A DNA stretch of 34,652 nt from a virus (lineage: Duplodnaviria > Caudoviricetes): the IMG/VR virus record IMGVR_UViG_3300032272_000046, positions 1 through 34,652 of that record. One strand, written 5' to 3'. This document shows, piece after piece, positions 1 to 8,052 of the stretch. The translations under genes were made by a program, and so were the position numbers. The notes below the pieces were generated by a model. It worked only from the letters and a program-made list of their open reading frames with translations. It was not told the DNA's origin and did not search any database. Numbering within the stretch: position 1 is the first letter of the stretch; every line of letters begins with the position of its first letter.

Positions 1-2
1 CA

Positions 3-536
3 GTCGCTGCCCTTCACGATGCTGAGATTGAGAAAGGCGATCTGCAGCGGGCTATCAAGCAACTCGAACAAGACCTTGCTAATGAACTGGCCTTCCGCGA
101 AAAGTTGGACAAAAGCAAACTCCTGGAAGACTTCATACAATACTTGAAGGATTCCCGCGCGCGTTTCCTGTCATCGATCTGGTCAAATATCCTGAGTATC
201 GCGTCCAGCTTCCTGATGCAGGCTACTAATGGCCGTATCACTTCACTGATGAAATCCGACAAAGAAGGGTTTATGTTCTGCGAAGAAGGGGTATTTGCCC
301 CCATCGCAAGCGCCAGCGGAGCCCAGCGCGGCTTTATCGGGGTATCGGTACGGTTAGCGCTGGCTAAGTCTCTGCGGTCGTCCTGCCCGATTGTGGTGCT
401 GGATGAGCCCACTGAGTCGATGTCGGAGGAAAATGCTATGCGATTGTCGGGGTCGCTGCTCGGGCATGGGCAGGTTATTATGGTCACTCACCGGGAATCT
501 GATAAGGGCACGGCTTCGAATGTGGTGGAGTTATGA
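3..536 (+). CDS. SbcC/Rad50/gp46-like SMC ATPase, C-terminal part (5'-truncated by window)
   Basis: Frame is open from base 3 (coiled coil VAALHDAEIEKGDLQRAIKQLEQDL). It contains an ABC signature-like SASGAQ, Walker B/D-loop IVVLDEPT and H-loop IMVTH. Confidence 0.85.
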   Translation, partial: VAALHDAEIEKGDLQRAIKQLEQDLANELAFREKLDKSKLLEDFIQYLKDSRARFLSSIWSNILSIASSFLMQATNGRITSLMKSDKEGFMFCEEGVFAPIASASGAQRGFIGVSVRLALAKSLRSSCPIVVLDEPTESMSEENAMRLSGSLLGHGQVIMVTHRESDKGTASNVVEL

Positions 537-724
537 ACTGGCTTAAAAAATTGTTGCACATTCATTGGCACCGCAGCCACCACCACGCAGGCGCTAACGA
601 GTACCTGCAATGTCGCTGTGGTCATAGAATTTACAGGCCTACTTTTTCAGGCGTTTATTCACCAGTGGATTGGGGCTGGCTTTCTGGCGCGGAGCCGGGG
701 CAAGCTTTTGAGGTGGGGTTATGA
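533..724 (+). CDS. Small His/Cys-rich hypothetical protein (possible metal binding)
   Basis: ATGA overlaps with both neighbours, GGAG RBS, HIHWHRSHHH...CRCGH motif. Confidence 0.65.
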   Translation: MNWLKKLLHIHWHRSHHHAGANEYLQCRCGHRIYRPTFSGVYSPVDWGWLSGAEPGQAFEVGL

Positions 725-1557
725 ACCTATACAATCCCAGCAAAGCAACTGAAACAATTCTCGATGCCGCGTACAGTTACATCCAATCTGTGCCCTACCG
801 CGTAGGTTTGCGGTGGGTGTTCTACCGTCTCTTACAGGACGGCTACCTCGAAACCAAGGATGATTATGTGAAATTGAAGGGATTGGCAGCCACCGCCAGG
901 AAAAGATTCTACAAAAGGTGGAGGCCAGACACACTGGTCGACGAGGGCCGTAGTATAGCGACTGCATGGCAACCTTGCGACAGGGCAGACGCCATCGGCA
1001 TTTTACACCGATACGCAGACATTGTTCCCGACCTTTATCTAGGCCAGGAACAAGTACCATTTTTGATCTTCGAGGCCGCCACTATGTCAGGGCAGTTTGA
1101 GCATTTCGCGGGATGGGCTAACCGCTCAGCGTTCAGAGGTGACGCCAGCATCCCCCACAAATGGAATATCGCAAAACATTGTGACGAATTGTATCGACAA
1201 TATAATAAACCTGTGCATATCCTCTATTTTGGCGACTACGATAAAAAAGGCGTCCAAATCCCAAAATCAGCCATGGCTGATATTTTTGACTGGGTCGAGC
1301 CAGGCACAGAGGTAGAATTCACTCGTTGCGGCATCAACGACGGCGACCAGGACCGCTTCAACTTGCCTGAGAAGAGCCTGAAGCCAGGGACTTATGAATG
1401 GGAGTCCTTAGAGTCCGACGACGCAGGGGAGCTTATACGCGAAGGTTTAAGCGTAGCTGTAGACGTCAAGCAGTTGGAAATGGAGATACGTGAGGCTGAA
1501 CAGGACACTATAGACCTGCAAAGTGAATTGCAAGCCTATCTGCAGGAGTTTGAATAA
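721..1557 (+). CDS. Spo11/topoisomerase VI-A-like protein (winged-helix Tyr + Toprim)
   Basis: LRWVFYRL resembles the catalytic-Tyr CAP helix; IFEAA is the Toprim Glu; ILYFGDYDKKG is the Toprim DxD; C-terminal YEWESL. GAGGTGG RBS. Confidence 0.7.
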   Translation: MNLYNPSKATETILDAAYSYIQSVPYRVGLRWVFYRLLQDGYLETKDDYVKLKGLAATARKRFYKRWRPDTLVDEGRSIATAWQPCDRADAIGILHRYADIVPDLYLGQEQVPFLIFEAATMSGQFEHFAGWANRSAFRGDASIPHKWNIAKHCDELYRQYNKPVHILYFGDYDKKGVQIPKSAMADIFDWVEPGTEVEFTRCGINDGDQDRFNLPEKSLKPGTYEWESLESDDAGELIREGLSVAVDVKQLEMEIREAEQDTIDLQSELQAYLQEFE

Positions 1558-1640
1558 TGCCCTTGAGTGCAGCAATGGACCAATTAAACCAAGCATGCGC
1601 AGAAGCCTGGAAGCCTTTTGGAGAACATTATGGAATATAA
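1557..1640 (+). CDS. Possible 27-aa mini-ORF (MPLSAAMDQLNQACAEAWKPFGEHYGI)
   Basis: TAATG coupling to the upstream stop with GGAG upstream; fills the gap before the DUF1737 gene. Confidence 0.35.
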   Translation: MPLSAAMDQLNQACAEAWKPFGEHYGI

Positions 1641-1842
1641 AATCGTAAGCACTCAATACGTGAATTGCGGCCTCAATGCGGAGACAACTTCACTGGAAGA
1701 ACTAGTCAGAGATCAGATGGCCAAAGGCTTTGTTCCGATCGGTGGTCCTGTTGTCAGTCAGGGCACTCAGTCGGGCGCTTACTGGGCACAGGCTATGATT
1801 AGATCCCGCCATCACCCTCAACAACCCGAGACTTCTTCTTAG
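1630..1842 (+). CDS. DUF1737-like small protein
   Basis: Pattern YKIV...LEELVRDQMAKGFVPIGGPVV...WAQAMI. GGAG RBS precedes ATG 1630. Confidence 0.7.
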   Translation: MEYKIVSTQYVNCGLNAETTSLEELVRDQMAKGFVPIGGPVVSQGTQSGAYWAQAMIRSRHHPQQPETSS

Positions 1843-1975
1843 GCTTAACCTCCACCCGCTTCAACAAATCCAACTCAAAGTGAATCTTGTTGATACCCAT
1901 CAGGTCGCGCTCGGAAAGCGCTTCACCGTTGGATTGTTGGAACTGATCGATCGAATCTTTAATGTCGTCTAACAT
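1799..1975 (-). CDS. 58-aa hypothetical protein (not in ORF track)
   Basis: MLDDIKDSIDQFQQSNGEALSERDLMGINKIHFELDLLKRVEVKPKKKSRVVEGDGGI. Strong AGGAG RBS; last gene of the leftward arm; overlaps the 3' end of DUF1737 convergently. Confidence 0.6.
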   Translation of the reverse strand: MLDDIKDSIDQFQQSNGEALSERDLMGINKIHFELDLLKRVEVKPKKKSRVVEGDGGI

Positions 1976-1993
1976 GGGTTTTCTCCTGTAAAG

Positions 1994-2287
1994 TTACACT
2001 TCAACTGCAGACACATCCAGCGAGTCGCCTGCTACCACGCCTTTCAGTGTGAAATAGTAGTCGGTGGCAATGCCTAGATCAAAAGCGTAAATGTCCAGCT
2101 TATTGGACTTATCAGCAGGCAGCAGTGGCGCGTAATCAGCGGTGTCAGTTCTGGCCCAGAGTTGCAGGGCCGCCGCACCGCTGGTCGTGCCAGAGAAAGT
2201 CACCTGTAAGGTACCTGTAGCCGCCATAGCGGCGGGGCTGCCAGAGCCGTCAAAATCTGCGGTTTGATTTGTGAATATGTCAGTCAT
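1994..2287 (-). CDS. Small beta-rich virion protein, putative head-spike/vertex base
   Basis: 97 aa, alternating beta pattern (TLQVTFSGTTSGAAALQLWAR), acidic, directly downstream of the large adhesin. Confidence 0.5.
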   Translation of the reverse strand: MTDIFTNQTADFDGSGSPAAMAATGTLQVTFSGTTSGAAALQLWARTDTADYAPLLPADKSNKLDIYAFDLGIATDYYFTLKGVVAGDSLDVSAVEV

Positions 2288-2298
2288 AATGTTCTCAC

Positions 2299-4974
2299 CT
2301 AGCCTTTGAAGGCTGTCCTGAACGTAGTTCTAAAGGGTAGTCTAAAAGGAGTTCGCACGGAAGGCAATTTTAAGCCGCTAGACAGCCTGTATACTACAGC
2401 CTGATTCGTAATATCAGCCAGGGCATTAGCAGATAAATCTTCAAAATCACCTGTGACACTTGCATAGCTTAGTGTGATTGTCTCCAACTCAGTTGCTGGG
2501 GAGGCCAGAACACCTGTCCAGGTTGTACCGCTTCCTGAAATACTTGCAAATGTAGTTGAAGTCGTGCCAGCGAGCGTGAAGCCTAAATTTGTACCAGTGA
2601 CCGGCTCACTGAATCGCATTACTACATCATTCGGAGAAGCATCGTTGATTGTTATGCTATCTAACGTAGGTGCGGTTACATCGGCAGTATCCGTGGTAAA
2701 CGTGCCATTAACTCTAGACCCTGCATCTTCATTTCCTGATATATCTTCATGAACAATTGCATAGCCATAAGTTGTGTTTGGCGTAAGTCCTGGAATTGAT
2801 GCAAAAGTGAAAACACCGGTTGCCGATATAGTTAAATCAACGGCACCAAATAATTCTTCGGGTGCAGTGCCATCGATTACCTCTTGATTGGTCGGTAAAG
2901 TTTGATTTCCATTTGCTGTGATTATGCCGTATGCAGTACCGTTTGCTTCATCTGTTGTCGCGCCAATAACTACTGCTGACTCAGTAATACTTGCTGATGT
3001 TGGCAGAGATAAGTTGGGCGCAGTTACGTCTGCAACGGGGATAATAACTGTTTGCACGGCACCCGTGGATAAGCTGGATTCATCCCAGTTTGTTTGATCC
3101 CAGTGTCGTGCTTTGAATTTGAAAGTAGCCCCTGGAGTAGGACTACCACCTGTTGTGATAAAACCTGTTGCAGATACGCTAACAGTGAAAACAGTTGGTG
3201 TTACGCCGTCCGACTCATACAGAATTGAATCATAGTGATATTGATCACCAGTGACTGGAGTTCCTGTAATTGCAATATGACCATCGGTTTCAACTGGCGA
3301 GGCCAACTCGACAACTGCTGTATCAGCTTCAGGATCAAAAGTGACTGCCAGCATATCACTAGAAGCTGAATCATTAATAATTTCAACGGCAACTGCATGA
3401 CTAGCAGTTGTAAACGGTACATTACCTTGAACCAAATCACCTTGTACTGACACATCAGACCAAGAATCAATTGTAAAATTCGAGGTAATTGATCCGTCTG
3501 TTAAGCGCATTACCCCAGTGCCTTGTGCAGCCTCGAAATTCGTACCTGTAGTGACTACATTTAATTGATTGTTTACAAGCGTTTCATCGGTATCAACATC
3601 GGTGATTGTCACAGCCGTTGAATCAGGATCAATCGTGAAACTACCTGTTACTGCTAAATCCGTTCCACTGGTTGTCAGGATAGCGTTTGCAATATCGCCA
3701 ATCGAAATAGTTTCTTGTGCTGTTATTGCATAAGCAGCTTCTGCACCGAGTGTAATTGTTGCAACCGTGTTACTGGTTCTCACAAGATCACCAGTAACAA
3801 AGTTGGCTTTTACTTCTGCATCCCAGCCAGCCGCTTCAGCCTGAGCAGAGTCAATCGAGGCTAGCAACGCATCTGATTGAGCAATGGTGCCAATCGGCCC
3901 AGTACCTGCTGCAATCCATGTATCACCCGTTAAGGTGATTATTATGGTTTTACCGCCAGTGACAATATCAGCTTCAACAATGCTTGCAGTTGCTGTGCCG
4001 GTTATTGCTGCGCTAATGGACGATTGATACTCGTGAGGCCCAATATCCCAACTAGATCGGGTATTGCCTGCCGCATCTGTACTGAATGAGAATAATGAAT
4101 CAGCATCGGTCGATAGATCGGTTGCAGCGCCTATTGCATCTGTATCACCGACAACTAATCGGAAATCATAATTAGCAGTATCTTCAAACGTAATGGTGGC
4201 ACTTGTTACCGGGCTAGTACCGAATGCAGTGGTGTCTTCTGAAAGGTTGGTGATACATTTACTGTTAGCTGTACCACCAGCATAATCTTTGTCAAAATTA
4301 CCTGCTGCTAAACAGTTTTTCAGGACAATGCTATCACCACCTATAGCAACAAATCCGTCATCAAATGTAGAACCATACGCCAGACAATTATACATTACAC
4401 AACCATCTGCCAGATCACTGACAAACACAGCGGTATCCAGGCGATTAACAAATTGGCAGTTTATCCATATCGACTGATAAACTACTGTTGGAACATTTAT
4501 AAGTATAGCGTTTGAAGTCGTGCCTACAGTACCTACCACGCGGGACATTAAATTATGCCCTTGCACGAATTCGGTTGCGGCTAAAGTATTAACCTTAATT
4601 GAACGTCGAGAAGCTCCGCTACCAATGCTTTCAACCTGCAAGTTTTTAAGAATTACATCTGTAGATATCTGAAGCGTACCATTGGCATTTGATGAAGAAA
4701 GTACGTACTCCCCCGCGTTCCAGCCATAGCCAGAATAGTCACCAATAACTGTCAAACTGAATGCGCCGACTGCATAGCCGTCAAAGTCAACAGAGGTCGT
4801 ATCATCTGCTACACCCGCGCAATGTATTTCTATATCTTCAGTAAACGTAGCCGGAAGATCGGCAATAGCTTCGCCTAATGTTTTCCACGCGCTGTCAGCG
4901 GAACTGTCAGTTTCTGCGGTGGTGCCATCACCGGAAGTTCCGTTGTCTGGATTAACGTATACAAGTTGCACCAT
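2299..4974 (-). CDS. Large virion adhesin/fibre protein (N-terminal beta-helix-like region, multiple Ig/FN3-like domains)
   Basis: Start at ATG 4974 (TAATG coupling). N-terminus VYVNPD...GDGT...AWKTLGEA, NC repeats and DIGPHEY are typical of pectin-lyase-like beta-helix proteins. Repeated D(V)TAP linkers and MRFSEPV Ig-like modules. T/S/D/G-rich. Confidence 0.7.
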   Translation of the reverse strand: MVQLVYVNPDNGTSGDGTTAETDSSADSAWKTLGEAIADLPATFTEDIEIHCAGVADDTTSVDFDGYAVGAFSLTVIGDYSGYGWNAGEYVLSSSNANGTLQISTDVILKNLQVESIGSGASRRSIKVNTLAATEFVQGHNLMSRVVGTVGTTSNAILINVPTVVYQSIWINCQFVNRLDTAVFVSDLADGCVMYNCLAYGSTFDDGFVAIGGDSIVLKNCLAAGNFDKDYAGGTANSKCITNLSEDTTAFGTSPVTSATITFEDTANYDFRLVVGDTDAIGAATDLSTDADSLFSFSTDAAGNTRSSWDIGPHEYQSSISAAITGTATASIVEADIVTGGKTIIITLTGDTWIAAGTGPIGTIAQSDALLASIDSAQAEAAGWDAEVKANFVTGDLVRTSNTVATITLGAEAAYAITAQETISIGDIANAILTTSGTDLAVTGSFTIDPDSTAVTITDVDTDETLVNNQLNVVTTGTNFEAAQGTGVMRLTDGSITSNFTIDSWSDVSVQGDLVQGNVPFTTASHAVAVEIINDSASSDMLAVTFDPEADTAVVELASPVETDGHIAITGTPVTGDQYHYDSILYESDGVTPTVFTVSVSATGFITTGGSPTPGATFKFKARHWDQTNWDESSLSTGAVQTVIIPVADVTAPNLSLPTSASITESAVVIGATTDEANGTAYGIITANGNQTLPTNQEVIDGTAPEELFGAVDLTISATGVFTFASIPGLTPNTTYGYAIVHEDISGNEDAGSRVNGTFTTDTADVTAPTLDSITINDASPNDVVMRFSEPVTGTNLGFTLAGTTSTTFASISGSGTTWTGVLASPATELETITLSYASVTGDFEDLSANALADITNQAVVYRLSSGLKLPSVRTPFRLPFRTTFRTAFKG

Positions 4975-5861
4975 TACGCTACCGCTCCTATCCAAGGCAG
5001 GCCAGTTATTGGCTCGATATCAACCGGCGTTGTGTTCATGATTGCAACATCGTCAGTGTCTAAATATTTGATGCCTGTATGCGCTGGTAGGCTTTGGTTT
5101 TCAATAAAATCTAATCTATCAAAACCTGCTCGCATTCCTGCGTTACCGCCAGATATGTCTATGCCAGTTAGATTTACCACCACTGTGCCATCAATCCATA
5201 GTTGGAAAGCGCCATCAGTGCTGTCAGTGTCCATCTTTACGTGAGTATCAAACCTGTGAAACAAACCATCTGAAGTAGCGCCAAAGAAATCAGGCCAGTT
5301 ATATGTACCATCACGTTGCGATGTGCCTACAGGTGTTGCAAAACCCCAGTCGCCGCCCAATGTAACCGTCGAAGGTTCTATTATTAAGTAACCACCAGAT
5401 GCTGTTTTGCAATAAATCAATTTATGATAACCCGGCCCTACCGAGCCACCCCAATCAAAACCCAATTCATACCGTGAATACCAACGCATCCAAAACTCGG
5501 TTAGAGGTGAACTGGGATTGAATCTGTGTGGGCTTGTCATACGGTTAGCGCTTTGGTCTGAGATATACGATCTTGACCCGTACTGGCCCGGGGAAGTTGG
5601 GTTTTTAGCTGCTGCCAACACTTCGGTATAGACACCAACAAAATCAGGTGCTGAATTACTTGCACCTGAACCGCCACCGAAAGCAAAGTTACCATTTACA
5701 CCATAAACAGTTTCATCACCTTCGACCGTATAGCCATCGGCAGCGCCAAAAGAGTTGTTTAATAGATAAATATTAGAGCCAGTCGGCGCAGAAGTACCGC
5801 CGCTATATATGCCGCCCCCTTGTGCGACGGGATTATGCGTTTGTGCGATTACTCTACCCAT
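4974..5861 (-). CDS. ConA/LamG-like beta-sandwich (polysaccharide-lyase-like) virion protein
   Basis: EFWMRWY...HKL...FHRFDTHVKM...DGAFQLWIDG...YLDTDDVAI pattern of jelly-roll lyase/lectin folds. Confidence 0.6.
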   Translation of the reverse strand: MGRVIAQTHNPVAQGGGIYSGGTSAPTGSNIYLLNNSFGAADGYTVEGDETVYGVNGNFAFGGGSGASNSAPDFVGVYTEVLAAAKNPTSPGQYGSRSYISDQSANRMTSPHRFNPSSPLTEFWMRWYSRYELGFDWGGSVGPGYHKLIYCKTASGGYLIIEPSTVTLGGDWGFATPVGTSQRDGTYNWPDFFGATSDGLFHRFDTHVKMDTDSTDGAFQLWIDGTVVVNLTGIDISGGNAGMRAGFDRLDFIENQSLPAHTGIKYLDTDDVAIMNTTPVDIEPITGLPWIGAVA

Positions 5862-5874
5862 TATCTATCAACTC

Positions 5875-6000
5875 TCATGGTTCGATCTTACTCTGCTTTG
5901 CGCTCTCACGTCGGTGCGCCTGCACCCTATGGTAGATGTAGATAGTCATTATTAATCCGCTCAATAATAGGGCGGAGGTCCCTATATATATCCACATCAT
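5875..6000 (-). CDS. 41-aa single-TM peptide (not in ORF track)
   Basis: MMWIYIGTSALLLSGLIMTIYIYHRVQAHRRESAKQSKIEP: hydrophobic helix plus basic tail. Overlaps the 3' end of the upstream gene and fills the gap to 5861. Confidence 0.5.
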   Translation of the reverse strand: MMWIYIGTSALLLSGLIMTIYIYHRVQAHRRESAKQSKIEP

Positions 6001-6844
6001 ACCTGACCCACCTGAATCCCGCGTCGACCCCAGCCCCAATCGCCTGCAATACTAACATAACTGTGAAGGCTAAATACATGTAGGGTTCATAGGATTGCGC
6101 CACAACTTCGCCATCGACGCCTGCCATCAGATTCCAGGTACCAGCTAAATGCCCCACAATATTTGCTATGAGAAAACCGATAAAAATAAGCAGCCATACA
6201 GGGGTGGCCAAAATTCTCCGAGAGACTAGACCCCAGATTAATAGTGCGCAGGCAATATCCACAGAGCCTTGCCCGATAAAATCCAGCATCAATACTGGCA
6301 TTTCTACCGAACTCAAGCCGAAAACATCTAGTAAGATTGTTCCGCCGGACTCTTCAACTCCACGATCTTTGATTGCGTTTAATATTGATGTCATGCCGAT
6401 ATTAGCGGCCCACCAAGCTGATATAACAAACCAAATTGAGTGTCTCTGGTTCTCGCAGAAGACATAATTAATGCCGCTGATAAAAGCGATCAGGCCTATC
6501 CAGCCCCAAATCAGCGAGTAGGCGTAGACCGGCACGCCGAGCAAATGTATGTAGTCGCCGCCGTCACCCCACACATGCAGGTTTACATACGCGAAGAGAC
6601 CTACAAACCCGCTAGCTACAGCTAAACTGTGGGCACCTATAAACGCCCCTAATTTTTTTATCAGGCCGACCCAACCCCAAATCAGCGAGTATGCGTAGAT
6701 CGGCACGCCGAGCAAATATATGTAGCCGCCTCCGTCACCCCACACATGCATATTCACATAGGCGAACAGACCTACAAAACCTATGGCCAGAGCCAGGCTG
6801 TGGGCGCTTACAAATTTGCTGAATCTGTCTATGAGAGCCTGCAC
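5927..6844 (-). CDS. Polytopic membrane protein with internal 57-aa tandem duplication
   Basis: Likely GTG start at 6844 (GGAG RBS, adjacent to upstream stop). Many hydrophobic segments; two copies of AHSLA..GFVGLFAYVN.HVWGDGG.YI.LLGVP.YAYSLIWGW.GLI. Confidence 0.75.
   Translation of the reverse strand: MQALIDRFSKFVSAHSLALAIGFVGLFAYVNMHVWGDGGGYIYLLGVPIYAYSLIWGWVGLIKKLGAFIGAHSLAVASGFVGLFAYVNLHVWGDGGDYIHLLGVPVYAYSLIWGWIGLIAFISGINYVFCENQRHSIWFVISAWWAANIGMTSILNAIKDRGVEESGGTILLDVFGLSSVEMPVLMLDFIGQGSVDIACALLIWGLVSRRILATPVWLLIFIGFLIANIVGHLAGTWNLMAGVDGEVVAQSYEPYMYLAFTVMLVLQAIGAGVDAGFRWVRYDVDIYRDLRPIIERINNDYLHLP
6490..6814. repeat. Imperfect direct repeat, 171-bp period, inside the membrane protein gene
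   Basis: 6490-6643 aligns with 6661-6814, e.g. ccccaaatcagcgagta, cggcacgccgagcaaat and ccgtcaccccacacatgca occur in both copies. Confidence 0.9.
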
Positions 6845-6845
6845 T

Positions 6846-7076
6846 TTAATACTCCGACCAGTCGACTTTGTGGGTTTCAAGGGCATGGCACCAGACATCG
6901 GTAAAGGTGTCTTCGTGCTGGCATTTGTCCAGCCCCGCCCCGAGCGCACCTAAAGACGCCTGCATAATATACTCATTATTGTCCATCGCCATTTTGATTG
7001 CCTTGGCAATCTGCTTGTGCTTTGGAAAATTCAGTGCATCTGCAAGTTGCAGTGGTGTTCCTCTTCCGCCTGGCAT
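6846..7076 (-). CDS. Hypothetical protein (76 aa)
   Basis: GAGG RBS; tightly packed between neighbours. Confidence 0.65.
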   Translation of the reverse strand: MPGGRGTPLQLADALNFPKHKQIAKAIKMAMDNNEYIMQASLGALGAGLDKCQHEDTFTDVWCHALETHKVDWSEY

Positions 7077-7081
7077 ATCTA

Positions 7082-7327
7082 TTACCTCGTACTGTGGTTA
7101 AAGTTTTCTTCGTGCCGGTCTAGCCGGTCCAACCTGTCCCTGATACCTTGTATCCTGTCGTTTTGAAAATCTCTGTAAAACTCTCCTGGGTGCTGTAACT
7201 TTTCCAGTGCCTCCAGGCGAACCTCAAAGGCTGGCATTTGCAACATCCAGGCCAGCGTCGCTCCTGTGAAAGCCAGCCCGCCGGTAACTAATACCTGCCC
7301 TAAGATTTTGGATGCGAACTCTCTCAC
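7082..7327 (-). CDS. Single-TM plus coiled-coil protein of the lysis cassette
   Basis: N-terminal hydrophobic helix followed by heptad RLEALE...IRDRLDRLD. Confidence 0.65.
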   Translation of the reverse strand: MREFASKILGQVLVTGGLAFTGATLAWMLQMPAFEVRLEALEKLQHPGEFYRDFQNDRIQGIRDRLDRLDRHEENFNHSTR

Positions 7328-7340
7328 TTTTGGATTTCCT

Positions 7341-7865
7341 TTACCTATTTTTGAATTCGGGCATCGTCAAACTCCGCTCCCCGAACCACCAGGTGGTAGC
7401 AGTAGTAGCAGAGAAGACGGTCGAGTAGATGATATATTTTACAATTTCGACGATCTCAGTCGGATCGAGTATAGCTTGGGAATCTAAGACTCTTGCAACG
7501 TGTTCAGTGAGTTCCCCAGATAGGAGTAACGTAATCTCCAGGTAAACCATAACCCATAATGCAGCAGTGATGAACGGCCTAAACAATGCTTTGATTGCCG
7601 ATACCCATTTATAATTCGTAGCCAGGTTAGTCGACTGCTCAGCCCTTAGTGATGTCTCTAGAGCTGTCCACGATCCATCCTGCGACTTGCCCTCCATCTG
7701 CAATCTGAACATTTCTTTTTCGTGGTTTCGATCGGCAATGCGCTCTTGTATTTCAGCAGCCTTTTGCTTTGCCTTCATCCATGCACCAAAAGCCGATCCG
7801 ACAAGGCCAAACAAACCCCCTGAGGCGACTGACGCACCAACGCCTAGCATGTCAAGAATCTCCAT
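7341..7865 (-). CDS. Putative holin, GTA 3-TM holin-like
   Basis: Start MEILDMLG with GAGG RBS. Gly-rich N-terminal helix, coiled coil, then W...FRPFIT and WWFGERS motifs. Confidence 0.7.
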   Translation of the reverse strand: MEILDMLGVGASVASGGLFGLVGSAFGAWMKAKQKAAEIQERIADRNHEKEMFRLQMEGKSQDGSWTALETSLRAEQSTNLATNYKWVSAIKALFRPFITAALWVMVYLEITLLLSGELTEHVARVLDSQAILDPTEIVEIVKYIIYSTVFSATTATTWWFGERSLTMPEFKNR

Positions 7866-8052
7866 TGGCGGCCTCAGTTTTTTTAGCGAGTGTTTGCTGA
7901 GTGACATCCGCAGCGCCATACGAACTGATGACTAGAGTAGACACTGCCACCCATGCGCCCCCCGTCAACTTATCGATAAATAGCGCGACGCTAGAGACCG
8001 AAACAATAAAAACGGCTAACAGAAATTTACGGGATAAGTGGTGCGCGGTCAT
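7852..8052 (-). CDS. Putative 2-TM holin
   Basis: SRKFLLAV start, two TM helices, Y..A.V motif, charged C-terminus; adjacent to the endolysin candidate. Confidence 0.6.
   Translation of the reverse strand: MTAHHLSRKFLLAVFIVSVSSVALFIDKLTGGAWVAVSTLVISSYGAADVTQQTLAKKTEAANGDS

Noticed and set aside
6490-6814. Repeat pair as a DGR template/variable region
   Set aside because: Differences are not adenine-specific, both copies are in frame in one gene, and there is no reverse transcriptase in the window.
6845-6949. N-terminal extension of the 340-aa ORF call
   Set aside because: Overlaps the upstream gene; a GGAG-led GTG at 6844 is the better start.
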